Assembly (NCBI RefSeq): GCF_009914755.1
Contig: NC_060936.1
Strand: one strand, 5' to 3'
Source of the DNA: the human T2T-CHM13v2.0 reference genome, Homo sapiens
Length of the DNA stretch: 64,000 bases
Under the pieces are notes generated by a model. The model saw nothing but the letters and a program-made list of their open reading frames with translations, was not told the origin of the DNA and searched no databases. This document shows, in pieces, positions 46,600 to 64,000 of the stretch; the first letter of the stretch is position 1; every line of letters begins with the position of its first letter. Made by a program: the position numbers and the translations under genes.

Positions 46600-47600
46600 T
46601 AAAAAATATTTGAACTCCTTTCATATGGGCACTGGGGTAGGCAAGAAAGCCACAATCTTCACCTTATACAATTTGTAGCCTGTTGTGAAAAGACTGATTT
46701 TTAAAAGAATAAGAAAGCATGGTAATTGTTTTAATAGAAAAAAACTGAGATTGCTAAAGAGGCTCACAACGCAAACATCTAACCTGGTATTGGGGAAAGC
46801 TTCCCAGACAAATGATCCTGTTAATCATTTGTTTCTCACTGGTTGCCAAACACCTTGCTAGGCATGAGACTTAAATGATAACACCATATGGTATCAGCCT
46901 GCAGAGTTAACGGTCTAGAAGTGGATGAAGATTCACAGTCACAACAAATGCGGTAAATACAATAACCAAGAGGAGACAGAGAAGGGAGATGAAGTGAGCA
47001 GTGAGAGGAGACTATAATTGTTTGGGAAATGATGAGTACAACGGTTAAGGGAGAAGGAAGGAAGCAAGCAGCCAGGAGCAACAGTGTGAAAGGAGACAAG
47101 AAGAGTTAATGTAGACTGACATGTGGAGAAAGTCCGTTGTAAACATGATACAAAACACAGATGAAGGAAAGTCTGAGGAGCTAGAGCATGAGTTCAGGTT
47201 TGAACATGAGTCTCTGAGGCATTTGAATCAGAAAGGTAAAAATGACCAATATGCAACTAGAAATACAGGTCTGGCTCTCAGAAAAGAACTCTGAATTGGA
47301 GCTATCAGTTAAACAAATTATCCTGTGACTATTCAGGGAATGGGGAGAGAAAAGAGCAGAGTCCTAAGAAATGCAGATCATTTAGAAAGCAGCGTTAGAG
47401 GAGTCCAGGAGGAGAGAGATCAAAGAGCTGAGTAACTGGTCTGGTCTCAAAAGCCAGAGGCTAACAGAGCTGACAGAAAAAGGAAGTAGTAAACAGTGTC
47501 AAATGGGTAAGAGAAATAAAATTAAGCCCCAGAACAATAATTCAGAGGTGGGGTGATGACAGTAAGAGTCAGGTGGCAGACAGCTGAGGTGTGAAGTTCT
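46600..47600. mobile_element. L2 fragments (degenerate)
   Basis: Purine-rich L2-like motifs such as atgagttcaggtttgaacatg and aacagtgtcaaatg. Boundaries are rough. Confidence 0.5.
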
Positions 47601-47624
47601 TTTTATTAAAAGAAGTAAAACCAA

Positions 47625-48792
<1,168 letters not shown>

Positions 48793-49914
48793 TCAAGATT
48801 AGTCTACACCAGAATCACAACTATGTAAAAGCATATGATGATATGAATGATGAAAACACTTGTAATAGGAGTTGAGGCCATTTTAGTTTTTATATTATGT
48901 TCACTGTATAATAAATTAATTGGGAGAATATGATCACCCAAATAATATTTGATCAAAGTTATACAAATAATTCAAGTTGGGAAAGTAAGGTACCCAACTA
49001 AGGGCCCCCTGGTGCCAGGCAGAATGTGACATCAAAAGTGGTAGTAAAGGGGAATTCCAAAGAAGCTTTACCAGTATTAAAGTAGATACTGAGATGGAGG
49101 GCAAGAATGATTTGGCAGTTGTATGGCATTTGGGCTTGTATGCATATTTGAAATAGGGTGATTAAATGTGAGGGAATCGTTAGTTCTAAATAAGAAACTA
49201 AGTTTGAGAAATTTTTACATAATTATATGACACAAAATGTTTGCTTTTTTTAAATGTAATAGCATGATATAATGGATGCAATATTACGGGTAGAAAGTAT
49301 AACAGAGGAAAGGCATATAACTTCTGAAGTCTCAAATTTAGGTTACAGGCACAAGGCTTACAACATTATGTATCCATCCACATATGATTTATTCCACGGA
49401 ATACTTGGGAGCATTAGGAAAATGAGTTAGAGGAGCCAAAACAAAAGGAATGGTAAGCAGAGAGTCCAGGATTCCGACTAGGTAAATTTCCCTGGGACAC
49501 TCCTGCAGTCAGTAAGGAGGAAAGATTATTATTACTCACGCTGTAATTTACAAAAGGGTCTGGGTTGTATAAATCAGAGTATGCTGAACTTTTCAAGTTT
49601 ACCCAGCTTCAAGCTAGTGGAATTATGTGGCAAGGCAAAGTGGTTCTTGTCAATACTATATTCATTTGCAAATATTCGTAAGAATGAAAACATACAAAAC
49701 TTCAATTATCCAAAAGTATAACCAAACTGAAAGGTTAGATTATCTTTAAAAGTTAATTTTTAAAAGCTGGAATATTACTTGGCTCATATTAAAATTTCAA
49801 TCACCCAATCTCTTCCACAGCAACAGGATATAACTAAACTATCTGATTTGAACCTATTCCCCACCAGTTCTTCATGGGATGCATACTGTATTGAGAATGC
49901 AAGAATTTACAAAT

Positions 49915-50300
49915 ATGTACAATTAATAGATACTTACAATGCAGTTCTTACAGAGAGGAGAATGGTGGTTACCAGGCACTGGAGGTGAAGGGGTGGGAGA
50001 GAGTATGTGATGGAAAGATGTTGACCAAAGAATACAATACAAACTTCCAGTCAGAAGGAATAAGTTCTCAAGATCTACTGCACAGCAAGGTGTCTACAGA
50101 TAATTATGTTTATTTCAAAACTGCGAAGAGAATAGGTTTTAAATGTGCCCATTACAAAAAAAAGATAAATATGTAAGATGATAAACATGTTAATGAGCTT
50201 GATATAATCAGTCCACAATATATACAGACACCAAAACATCGCTTTATGCCCCATAAATACATAGAATTATTGTCAATTAAAAATAAATTTTTTAATTAAA
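49915..50300 (+). mobile_element. L1MA-type 3' end
   Basis: agaatggtggttaccagg...gaataagttctcaagatctactgcacagc...gccccataaataca. Confidence 0.7.
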
Positions 50301-50602
50301 AGTTTTTAAAAATGAAGTTCTTCCTATCTCAAACACTTCACCTCCTGTCCTTGAAACTAGCTAATTTCCAGATCATCATCTGGTCACTCCCTCCAAGTCT
50401 TCCCTGATGCTTTAAGATGACTCATCATAGCAACAACTTGTCACACTCTATTGTAATTTCAGGTTTACTAGTGTGAAACTCCCATCAGAACGTAAGCTCC
50501 AAAAGGATGGAGCCACAATTAACCTGACCCAAGAGTCCAGTGCTTACCACCTAGCACAGCGTGTGGCAAATATAATGAGTAGAATTAATATTTATTTTAT
50601 TT

Positions 50603-50872
50603 GTTTTTTTGAGACAGGGTCTTGCTCTGGGCTGAAGAGCAGTGGCGTCATCACAGCTCACTGCAACCTCAACCTCCACGGCTCAAGCAATCCTCCCACC
50701 CAAGCCAGCGCATGCCACCATGCCTGGGTAATTTAAAAAAAAAATTTGTAGAGACAGGGTCTTGCTTTTGTTGCCCAGGCTGGTCTTGAACTCCCGGGCT
50801 CAAGCAATACTCCCGCCTCAGCCTCCCAAAATGCTGAGATTACAGGCGTGAGCCACCATACCCAACCTAGAC
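50603..50872 (-). mobile_element. AluJ with an internal deletion
   Basis: Reverse-complement dimer. Confidence 0.88.
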
Positions 50873-51650
50873 TATTTAAATGAATCATAAAGACGCAGTA
50901 AATAGATACTCTTCTAAGGAATTTTACTCTTGGGAAGAGCATTTCAAACCTTTGCCCCACTCTCCTCTGCCACTGTATCAGGGAGATAGTCTGAGAGTCA
51001 CTGCCTTATCGTATTCTTATCAATACCTGTTTCTTTCATTCTAGATTAGAGCAGGAAGGGACCTAAGAGGTCAGAGTACCCAATACCTTCATTATCCAGA
51101 GAAGTGAATAAAGCCGAACTAGTCAGTAACTTAAAAGGTCAATAAACATTAAAGGAAGAAGTAGCCAGGAGCTGCTCCTCCATCTGCTCCTCCATTAAAT
51201 ACTTATCTTTATCCTCCTATTCCCAGTATTCAATCTCTCTACTAATAACGAATATAATCCTTCTCCAGTTGTCCCCATCCACTATAGTACACAAGCTTTT
51301 AGATAAATGCCATATTTTATATATATAGATATATCTGTAAACGTCAGTAGAAGCCTATTTTTATCCTAGTTTATCACTTTATCAACTGTTACCAAAAGTT
51401 AGATCATAAATTCTCTTAAGAACAGTGGTTTGTCTTAATAACATCTAAGAAAATTTAAAGCATTTATACACAGTATGTACTAAAAAATAGCAATAACAAC
51501 TACAAAATGGGAAAAATAGAAAACCCAATAAGAAAATAAATTATTTGTATAATATCATAAGAAACATTCTTACATCCTATTACAAAGGTTTTATTATCAA
51601 CTATCTAACCTTATCTACACTGATCTACCAATTAAATATTAAGTGCCTAC

Positions 51651-51743
51651 CTAAAAGCCGCTTCCCAAAAGCAGTTCATTCCACAAACATCAGAGGGCAG
51701 CATCCAATAGGGATTCCAGTAACACAGAGAGAAATCTTTACAC
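51651..51743 (-). CDS. GXYLT1: GXYLT1 coding exon 2 (93 bp, phase 2-2 cassette): (R)CKDFSLCYWNPYWMLPSDVCGMNCFWEAAF(R)
   Basis: Minus strand acceptor CTGTTAG|GTG and donor TAG|GTAGGC. Translation matches the GXYLT1 stem region as I recall it, and it is in frame with exon 3. Confidence 0.93.
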
Positions 51744-52239
51744 CTAACAGAGTAAGACAGAAATAAGAGTCCTGTGTGAGTATTTTGGTTTGGAACTAAC
51801 AAGGAATTTACTCAGTAACACGATAACTTACTGTTCTATTTTAAAGCAAATAAAATTATAAATCCAAATTGCTATGATAAAGATTTTGGAAAACTGATTT
51901 CTCCCTTACTTAGGGCACCATTATTTTAAATAGAACTTTAAAACCCTGAAGGTAGACTATACTATAGATTGGGAAACAGTGTTTCCGTCGGAGAGTCTCC
52001 TGATAAAATCCCCTCCTCAGATAACACAGACAAATATGTCTTCTAAAATTTTCTTCACAGGCTACACATATACCCCTAGAACAAAATCCCTTTGGGACAA
52101 ACAAAATATTTGCTTATCCTCAAACATAATAAAAATGCCACCAATACTGGCAGAAAGGGAAAAGAAGATCTTTAAATGCTTTTAAATTAATCCTCAATCC
52201 AAACTACTTGTATGGTGTTTTAAACTGAAAAATAAAACA

Positions 52240-52860
52240 TAACAGCCAAGATGTATATGAAAATGGTCAATATCACTAATCATCAGGGAAACGCACATTA
52301 AAACCACAATGAGAGAACATCTCACCCAGTTAAAATGGTTATTATCAAAAAGGCAAAAAACAAATCCTGGCAAAGGTATGAAGAGAAAAGGAAACACTCA
52401 TACACTGCTGGTAGGAACATACATTACTACAGTCACTATAAAAAAAAACAGTATATAGAGATTCCTCAAAAAACTGAAAATAGAACTACCATATGATCCA
52501 GCAACCCCACTGCTGTGTGTATATATACATACATATACACACATGCATACACACATACACAGACAGGCACAGTGGCTCACATCTATAATCCCAGCACTTT
52601 GGGAGGCTGAGGTAGGTAGACTGCTTGAGGCTAGGAGTTCAAGATTAGCATGGTCAACATAACAAGACTCCGTCTCTAAAAATAAAAAATTAGCTGGACA
52701 TGGTGGCATTTACCTTAAGTCCCAGCTACTCAGGAGGCTGTGGTGGGAGGATGGCATGAGCCCAGGAGTTTGATGTTGCAATAAGCTGTGACTGTGCTAC
52801 TGCACCCCAGCCTGGCTGAACACAGCAAAAGAGACTCTGTCTCAAACAAAAACAAAAAAA
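52240..52860 (+). mobile_element. L1MB fragment (52240-52515), (TA/CA)n tract, then AluJ (52562-52860)
   Basis: cactaatcatcagggaaa...aaaatagaactaccatatgatccagcaa, followed by an Alu dimer. Confidence 0.85.
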
Positions 52861-54892
52861 ATTTTTAACCACCCTCCCTGCCCCAAAAAAACCCGAAAAT
52901 CATGCTGATATTCACAGCCTAGTATCATTATCTACATAATCTCAGTTCCATATTATACAAGCTAAAATGGAAGATCAAGTCTGGTCTTTCTTGTTAGGTT
53001 GCATGTTGGAGCCAAAACGGAAAAAAGAAAACACCTTACATTACAAAAAAATTGTTTTTCATCGTGATTTCTTTTCAAAATAATAGTCTAAAAGTCACTG
53101 GGTACTAAAGTATGTATGAAGTCAGGGTGAGTCACTAAACCAGGTCACTTCATTATCTCATCACTATGCAGCTTTGTTTTCTCTCATTATGAATTCAATT
53201 ATGAGTTACTGTGCTTATATCAAATGGTCTATGAAATTTCTGATTTGCAAAAATCTGATCACATCTCTCACAAATGGCAACAGTCTAAGGCAGGGGTTCT
53301 TAGCCCTGGTAGAGGGTGCCACACAAGACCTATTAAATCAGAATCTCTAGAAACGGTCTGGCACTGGTGGTTTTTAAAATGCTGCCTAAGTAATTGTGTA
53401 TACTACTGCATAAAGAACAAGGTTGGAATTTCTTAACCAACAGAAAAAAGTTACATTATAACTTTGTTTTCCTCTAAAGGGACACCACATTCTAGCATAG
53501 CACAAAAGGCTACATATCTTCATTTAAAAGGCTGAACCAGAAAGAGAAGAAAATGTGTATGTATCGGTAAAACTTATGACTTGATTAGAAAATCTGTGTT
53601 TGTACCCTCTCAGGCATGGCTATGTATTTTCTTAAGTCTTTGATTTCATACCACACAGTCAGACTCATTGATGGTAATAACAACTAACAGAGTTATTTTC
53701 AGATTCAAGCACTTTCACACCCATTTAGACTCACTAGAAACGTTTTAAGGTAGGTATGATCTCCGTCTTTCAGATACAGATGATAGCACAGCTTTATTTC
53801 AACAAATGCACAATTTATTTACAATCAACACCTAATGTGTACCTTTGTTCTACGAAGACGATAACTAATCAGGTTATTCCATATCCCCTGTCAAACTCTA
53901 CAACAGTGAAACATGGAAATAGAAATCTCAAAAACAAATTCAATTTTTCTATAAAATTAATTAAAATTATATATATTTAACAATACCATTTGCAGCCTCA
54001 ACTTGTACTTTAAGTTACAAAACAAATCAGTTATGTGTTGTTTTCCAAACCTGCCTGGTCCTCAGGTCACTTGTTAAAAATACAGATATAGGATCCTATC
54101 CCATACCCAGTTAATCAAGACTCCCCAGAGAAGTGGCCTAAAAAGCTGAATTTTTCACCAATATCCGCAGATAAGTCTTAAAATCAGACCTGAATGAGAA
54201 ACATTGTGTATCAAGGAATAACTAGAGTCAGCTTGAAATTTTTTTATCGCAGTACTGATCATTTCTCTTATGATAATCCTGTTTACTCCAACTTAAAAAT
54301 GATTAAATTTTGAAAATTTGTGTTTCTACGAATACTTCAATCAATACATTTTATTAAGTACCGTTTAGAAAATTTTTTAAAGCCTAAGAAACAAATTACC
54401 CACCACTATTAACATTTTCGTATCTTTACTACCCCATATTTCAAAAATATCTTCCTACAAATATTTGACTAGAAAAGTTAACGTGTATGTTGCCAACATG
54501 CAGAAGTTGCTGAAACTACTTGATCTTCGTTAGTCTCAAGAAAACGCCCACGTGAGCTAGAGAGCACACCTCAAACTCCCTGTTCTCAGGAAATATCCAC
54601 CAGGGAGCTTCTAACTCAAAAGACCCTCTTGCAGTATTACAATTAAACTGTATTTGGGGGCAATGTTTTTGTTTTGTTTTTTTTTTTAAGTTGATGCAAG
54701 ATGACGAAGCCACAGACATGAGAATTAAATTCAACAAGACCAACATATTGAACAACTCAGTAACGAGTTTAAATTTTGTGAAGCTTTGAGCCACACCAAG
54801 AGCCCTACACTTCTGCTAGTACCAAACTAGGTGCCAAGTATGGTGGATTAAGGATGATCACACATCTGACACTTCTATTAATAAGTAGGATC

Positions 54893-55465
<573 letters not shown>

Positions 55466-55806
55466 ATGCCACACCATTCTGATCTACCAACCTACTGGTT
55501 CCTCCCCAACTCACAGAAAACTAGCATCCGGTTCACAGTCCTCGTCTCAGTACCAAATCCTACTTTCCTCTAACCATTCATTTGGTAAATCAATAAATTT
55601 TCTACTGAATGACTACCTACACAGGCCAAACACTGGCAACACTATAGTGAGTAAAATGGACATGGATCATACTGTCTAGTGGGGAGTAACAGAATGTCAT
55701 TTCAGATACTGCAAGGTGAGAGACCTAACCAACACCCAGGTTACACAATTCTTTAAATCCAGTAACTCTTACCTCCTTTTCCCTTCAGTGAAAAATGGCA
55801 AATGCT

Positions 55807-56415
55807 GGCCGGGCACAGTGGCTCACACCTGTAATCCCAGCACTTTAGGAGGCCGACGTGGGTGGATCGCTTGAGCCCAGGAGTTCAACACCAGCCTGGG
55901 CAACATGGCAAAACCCCATCTCTACAAAGAATAAAAAAAAAATTAGCCAGGCATGGTGGTGTGTGCCTGTAGTCCCAGTTACTCGGGAGGCTGAGTTAGG
56001 AGGATAGTTTGAGCCCAGGAGTTTGAGGCTACAGTGAATTGTGATCATGCCAATGCACACCAGGTCTGGGCAACAGAGTGAGACCCTCTCTGACAAAAGA
56101 AAAAAAAAGAGAGAGAGAAGAAAAAGTAAAAAAATGACAAATCCTGGACCCTGTCAGAAACTGCAATCCAATACCTCATCTCAGACTAGTCTCTGATCTA
56201 ATAATTATGGTTCTTTTTTCTGAGACAGGGTCTTGCTCTGTCGCTCAGGGTGGAGTGCAGTGGTACAAACACAGCTCACTACAGCCTCAATCTCCTGGGC
56301 TCAAGCTATCGTCCTGCCTCAGTCCCCAAGTATCTAGGACTATAAGCATGTGCCACCAAGCCTAATTTTTAAAAAATTTTTTGTAGAGACAAAGTTTTGC
56401 TTTGTTGCCCAGGCT
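55807..56415. mobile_element. AluJb(+) 55807-56110 and partial AluJ(-) 56214-56415
   Basis: Inverted Alu pair about 100 bp apart. Confidence 0.88.
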
Positions 56416-56882
56416 TATTATTTATATCCCATTACATGTGTGGAAATCACTCAGCCCTCCAATCACATGCTTCCTAAGTATAAGCTCCCTGCTTTACCCA
56501 TTTCCCTCCCTACTCAGACTACATCATATGGTTCATCCATTCATGTTCCTATACCTGCAAACTTCCACCTTCTTCTTTCACCGTACCTTTTCAGCACAAT
56601 CTTCAGTTGAAACTGAGCTGTTCATTCACATTCTCAGATGAATACTGAAGAACAGTTAATGACATGACTATGCTGATTAGTAGAAATATAAATTAATTGT
56701 CTTCCCCTTAGCTAGTCTCATACCTATTACCAACTCCATATGCTTCCCCTTGTTGCCCATCTTCTTCTCAGGAGTCCTTAAAGACCTTCTTGCATCAATT
56801 AGTCTTTCTTTCTCCTTAACTGGCAATCTCTATTTGTGTAGTAGACTGTATTACTGTTCAGTTATTCACTCCCCACATTTAA

Positions 56883-57269
56883 CTGTAAAAGGATTATACA
56901 ACCCTATTCATTACCATGGGCCTTGCCTGCCTGATAAGGGAGGCATATATCCCTGCATCATTTATTGACTTTGACCTTATTCAAGTGACTTGCTTTGGCC
57001 AAAATAATATAAAAAGACATGATACTGTGGCATCAAAGTAGAAGCTTCAAATGGGACTGTGTTGTTCAATCTGGCTTCTTGCTCATCCACTACCACAAGA
57101 CCAGGCATATCCAATGTATGGATTGCTCCTTTAGCTTGGATCCCAGGATGAGAAGATATATCAAGCAAAGTCATAGCCATAGACATGTAATGTGTGCAAG
57201 AAATAAATGCTTGCTATTGTAAACTGTTTAGATGTATGGGGTTGTTACAAAGCAAAGCAGAATAATACA
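56883..57269 (+). mobile_element. MLT1I/H-like LTR
   Basis: catgtaatgtgtgcaagaaataaatgcttgctattgtaa...gttgttacaaagcaaagc...taataca. Confidence 0.6.
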
Positions 57270-57270
57270 A

Positions 57271-57745
57271 GCATAATTCCCTTTTAAAGTGTGTAATTCA
57301 ATGGTTTTTCGTATATTCAGAGTTGTGCAACCATGACTCACCAATTAAATTCCTCAGTATATACTCAAGAGAACTGAAAACATGTTCACAGAAAAACTGT
57401 CCATGAATGCTCAGAGCAGCATTATTCATAATAGCCAAAAAGTATGAAAGAACTCAAATGTCCACCAAATAATGAGCAAAATGTGGTATATCCATACAAT
57501 GGACTATTATTTGTCCATAAAAAGGAATGAAATATAGTGATACACGCTACAGTGGATAAACCTTGAAATATTATGCCAAAAAGAAAGCCAGATTCAAAAG
57601 GCCACATACTGTGTGATTCCTTTATGTAAAATGCCCCAAACAGGCAGACAGAAAGTAGACTCGTGGTTGCTCATGACTGGGGGACTGAGGAGTGCAAGGT
57701 GGGAGTTACTGTTACTGGATACAGGGTTTCTTTGGGGGGTAATGA
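57271..57745. mobile_element. L1MB-type fragment with an internal inversion
   Basis: Minus-strand 3' piece at ~57271-57345 abuts a plus-strand upstream piece at ~57346-57745. Confidence 0.6.
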
Positions 57746-58610
57746 TTTACTTCACAAAGGTTTAATGCAGTCAAAATTGGATAGGAAAAATCAAGTTATA
57801 GGTAAATTTATTGATCATAATTCAATGTCAAAAAACACATAGTATATAGGAAAGATGTTTTTCTTTCTTTACTGGAAATATAAGAACACATGCACTAGTG
57901 AATACATATGCTGCATACCATTAAAAAATCATAAAACACTTAGGTATTGCTGTAAGGAATGAAGTAATTTGTTTATAGTTTTTTAACTCCCAAATATCTA
58001 TTCTCCCATTTTGAAAAACTGGTTTGGGAGATTTAGATAAAGAGTAGAAACTCACACTGAGAACTTATGACATATCAGTGGCTTATTAGAAGCAATAAGA
58101 TAAATTAGCAAAAGCAACTCATCTGAAGACAGCACTTGCACTTTTAGGCCAAAAAGAAAAATTAAAGTTTGAAAATACTGGAAAAGTAAAGGTAGTTATC
58201 CAGGTTCTGGCTATTAGTTGCTTAAAACTGTTGAAAGCAGAATATTAAACATCCAACATTCAAAGAGGTAACTCTATTAAATAATTTTAATGAGGCAAAG
58301 CATTAATATGAGTTAGGTGGGTATGTCTTCACTATACCCATACTGACATTCAAAAGCACTGAAGTCCTAAAAGGGAACTTTTTCACTGTGGATCAAACTG
58401 AAATAAAATGTTACTATGGCTCATCCTCAAGTTTAATAAGGCATAAAGCATCTAGCTCTAGGTAGCTTGTCTACAACTGACCAAGGGGTAGCACAAGGTA
58501 CCTTTGCGGTGATGAAACAATTCTGTATCCTAATCCTAATTTTGGGGGTGGTTACATGTATTTACATGTGATAAAACAACACTCGGCATAATAACATTTG
58601 TCAAACTTGA

Positions 58611-58862
<252 letters not shown>

Positions 58863-59069
58863 TGAGAGAGTGTTTTGCCAAGGCTGGTCTAGAACTTCTG
58901 GGTTCAAGCAATCCACCCACCTTTGCCTCCCTGCTAGGATTACAGGTACGAGCCACCATGCCTGGTTGTACTTTTAAGTTAAACTAGAAAAAGTAATTTT
59001 CATTTCAAAATGTCCAAGATAGGAGGCTTCAGTGAAAACTATGCAAAACTTACCAAAGAGTCAGTGATA

Positions 59070-59679
<610 letters not shown>

Positions 59680-59863
59680 TCAGTGATAAATTTAGGCATA
59701 TTCAGCATAAATATTTGACAGTATGAATGAAGTGCTGCTGCAAAGCAGTAATGCAACTTCAAGGCATGTATACCCTCCCTGTGACTGTGCAAGAAAAGCA
59801 AAGATGCTTACGGACACATTAAAGGAGGCCATTCCCATGATACTGCCAAATCACTACTATTTA

Positions 59864-60223
<360 letters not shown>

Positions 60224-60646
60224 CTAGACAACTTAACTTCTAGCTCTAAGTAAGATCTTCTTTTTCTTAAATTTCTAATTTCATTAATCCTTGGCAAGTA
60301 GGAAAAGGACTGCTTATATATAAATGACACTGAAACAATCATCTACCCATTTCAAAGAATAAGTTAGCATCACACAATATACCTCCTCTACCAGCCCCCA
60401 GCTCCCCCACAAAGCTGGATTGATTTAAATCTAAAAAAGGGAGGGGAAAAAAACTGGTAGAAAGCTTTCCTATGCGTAATAAAGGTAAACACGATAAAGT
60501 AAAAAGTAGCCAATCTGAAAACAAAAATCATAAACCTCATACAGTACACACATTATGAACAAAATTTAAGTTTATACGTAGGGGAAGTACTTCCAATAGG
60601 TATGGCATATAGATAATGATCTTACTGCTTTAAAATAAGATTTTCT

Positions 60647-61113
<467 letters not shown>

Positions 61114-61242
61114 AGATTTCTAAATCAAAAGTACATATTATTTTTTCATCAACCAAGTAACTTTCTCCTCCAAAAGCACAGAATATTTTAATTAATTAAT
61201 TACTAGTATTTATTAATATGTGTCAGGTTTGGACTAAGAATT

Positions 61243-61593
61243 TGCTATGGTCTGAATGTGTCCCCTCAAAATTCATATGTTGAAATCTAATTACTAACAT
61301 GATGTTAGGAGGTAGGGCCTTTTGGTAGATGATTAGGTCATGAGAGCAGAGCCCCCATGAATGGGATTAGTGGGGGGCCTTATAAAAGGGGCCTGCCTCG
61401 CCTCTTCTACCATGTGAGAACACAGGGAGAAGGCGCCATCTATGAACCAGGAAATGGGTCCTCATCAGACACTGAATCTGCTGGTACCTTGACTTGGATT
61501 TCTAGTCTCCAGAACTGTAAGAAATAAATTTCTGTAGTTTCTAAGCTCTCTAGTCGATGGTATTTTGTTATAGCAGCCCAAAGAAACCAAGAT
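61243..61593 (+). mobile_element. MLT1A0-like MaLR solo LTR
   Basis: tgctatggtctgaatgtgtcccc...ctccagaactgtaagaaataaatt...gttatagcagccc. Confidence 0.85.
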
Positions 61594-61799
61594 AACCCTT
61601 CACAAATATGTAACGTAGATACCACTATGATCCTTCAATGACCTAAAATACAAAGTATAGGGCACTGGTTTTATGTAAGATGTTTTTGCAATAACAAAGC
61701 AGAGATTAAAGTGGCTTTAGTAAGTAATTCAACTTTCTTTACTGTTCACTGACTCAACTCTCTTCTTCAAACATAACTGCAGAAAAAAGGGGGGAAAAG

Positions 61800-62247
<448 letters not shown>

Positions 62248-64000
62248 TTAACTGGAGCCCAATGACCAGAATTTTTCCCAGAGGTCAGAAATTGGAAGAA
62301 AAAAAAAATCCCAACTTAAAATTTAAATTACCAAAATGATATTAGCTAAAATGTTGTTGTGTCAGGCACCATACTAGGTACTCTGTATCAGCTATTTAAT
62401 ATTTAATTTCAATTCTCACAAACAATATCATACTGTTCTCTCTGATGACGAAAACAAGTTCAAGGTCAACACAGTAAGTGGCAAAGCTGAAGTCTGTCAC
62501 TCCAAAACTCTTACTTTCTATTCTTTAAGTTCTCAGTATATAACACTAGTATTCCCAGGATCCAGCAGAAATGACAACTCTATGGCCTAACCAGATCTAA
62601 AAAAGAAAGTGAAATAATTACCTCCCTGTGTGACAAGGAGACACATAAGGAGACTCCAAGGGCTTGATGGGTCCAGAAACGGTATCACTGAAACATTTAG
62701 TAATTTCTTGATTCCCCACTACCAATACTGCTGTATAGCCACAGGTAAAATTTTGATAATCAATGTCAGGACTCATCAGTGAAATATGATAATTTAATCA
62801 TCCTGAGTAACTAAAATGCAACAAAGTGGTATGAATTAGTGATGTCCGGTAATAACTACTGCTTTCTGTCAAACACCTTAATACAGTCTGTCCACACTGA
62901 AGAGCTTGAGTATCTCCTTCTAGAACAGCCACTGCCTATCCAGCATTCCTTCTCCTTTGAGGCACCGCTCCTCTCCAACACCAATCATGTTATTCTGTCT
63001 GCCACAGGAATGTGCAAGTGACACAGAGTCAACAAATCAGAGTTCCCCATCCCAAGTAACACTGACTGGTCCACAAACGGGCATGCAACCCAGGCAAGTC
63101 CAATGACAGCCTTTTCCTAGGATTTTGTATTTGAGATTAGAGAATAAAACCTGCAAGAACAGAAAAACCCCATGAACAAAGTTTTGTCTTTACTGGAAAA
63201 GACTCCCCAGTCCTTAAGGTCCTTTGAGCTGCCCTGCTATCTGCAGTTTTTCCTTCATTTCAAAAACTGTATAAGCCTATAAATATGTTTTGCTTGAGAT
63301 AGTTTTACTGAATTTTCATCAAAGACAACTAAGAATTCTATTACAAATTAAGTAAGGTAATCTAATGTACAGCCTGATGACTATAGTTAACAAAGTGTAC
63401 AGTATACCTAAAATGTGCTAAGACAGTAGATCTTTAGTGCTTTCACCACAAAAAAAAAAACCCTATGTGAAGTGATGATATTAACTAGCTTAACTGTGAT
63501 CATTTCTCAATGTATATGTATGTCAAACTATCAAGTTCTATGCCTTAAACATATAGTTTCTATTTATCAATTATACCCTACTAAAGCTAAAAAAATTTAA
63601 GTATTATCTACATTTTACAGGTGAGGAAATTAAAACACAGGCATGTGACACAATTTAGGCAAAGTCTCACAGCAACCAGAGCCAGAATACTGAGAACACG
63701 GGTTTATCTGACTACAAGACCCATGTATTTTCTGATTATTAAAATCATGGCTTCAAACAGAATACACTAACGGATAAGAGATTCCACTGAAAAACTGTTC
63801 CTTTCATTTTAAAGTTCTTACTTCAAGGACTCCAAGTCTTTTGTCGTCATGAAATTCTATACCATGAATAGTTTTTATAAGATCTGACCAATGGAACTTA
63901 CTGGGTACAAACCTAGATCCCGTGTTTAAAATAAAAAGAGAGAAATAGTTATAATCTTTCAAGTAAGATGTTATCAAAAAAGGCAAAAATGCAATAATAC

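Overview
Primate, almost certainly human, genomic DNA. It carries coding exons 2-8 and a ~5.9 kb 3'UTR of GXYLT1 (glucoside xylosyltransferase 1, a GT8-family enzyme that adds xylose to O-glucose on Notch EGF repeats) on the minus strand. Exon 1 and the promoter lie beyond the right edge. All seven exons have GT-AG boundaries and join into one open frame ending ...RSPKEK*. The introns are dense in Alus (~35), MaLR LTRs, hAT/mariner MITEs, MIR/L2 and old L1M fragments. Intron 3 holds a full-length, inactivated L1PA3/L1PA4-type LINE-1 antisense to the gene. The most notable observation concerns this L1. Its antisense promoter points into exon 4, its ORF0 is open for 157 codons, its ORF0 splice donor 1 looks stronger than consensus (CAG|GTGAGG), and its antisense poly(A) signal is intact, which is the layout of L1 'gene-breaking'. 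I saw no bacterial-type system, CRISPR array, tRNA or rRNA, and nothing here is a demonstrably new biological system. Repeat subfamily calls come from remembered consensus sequences and need RepeatMasker/Dfam confirmation.
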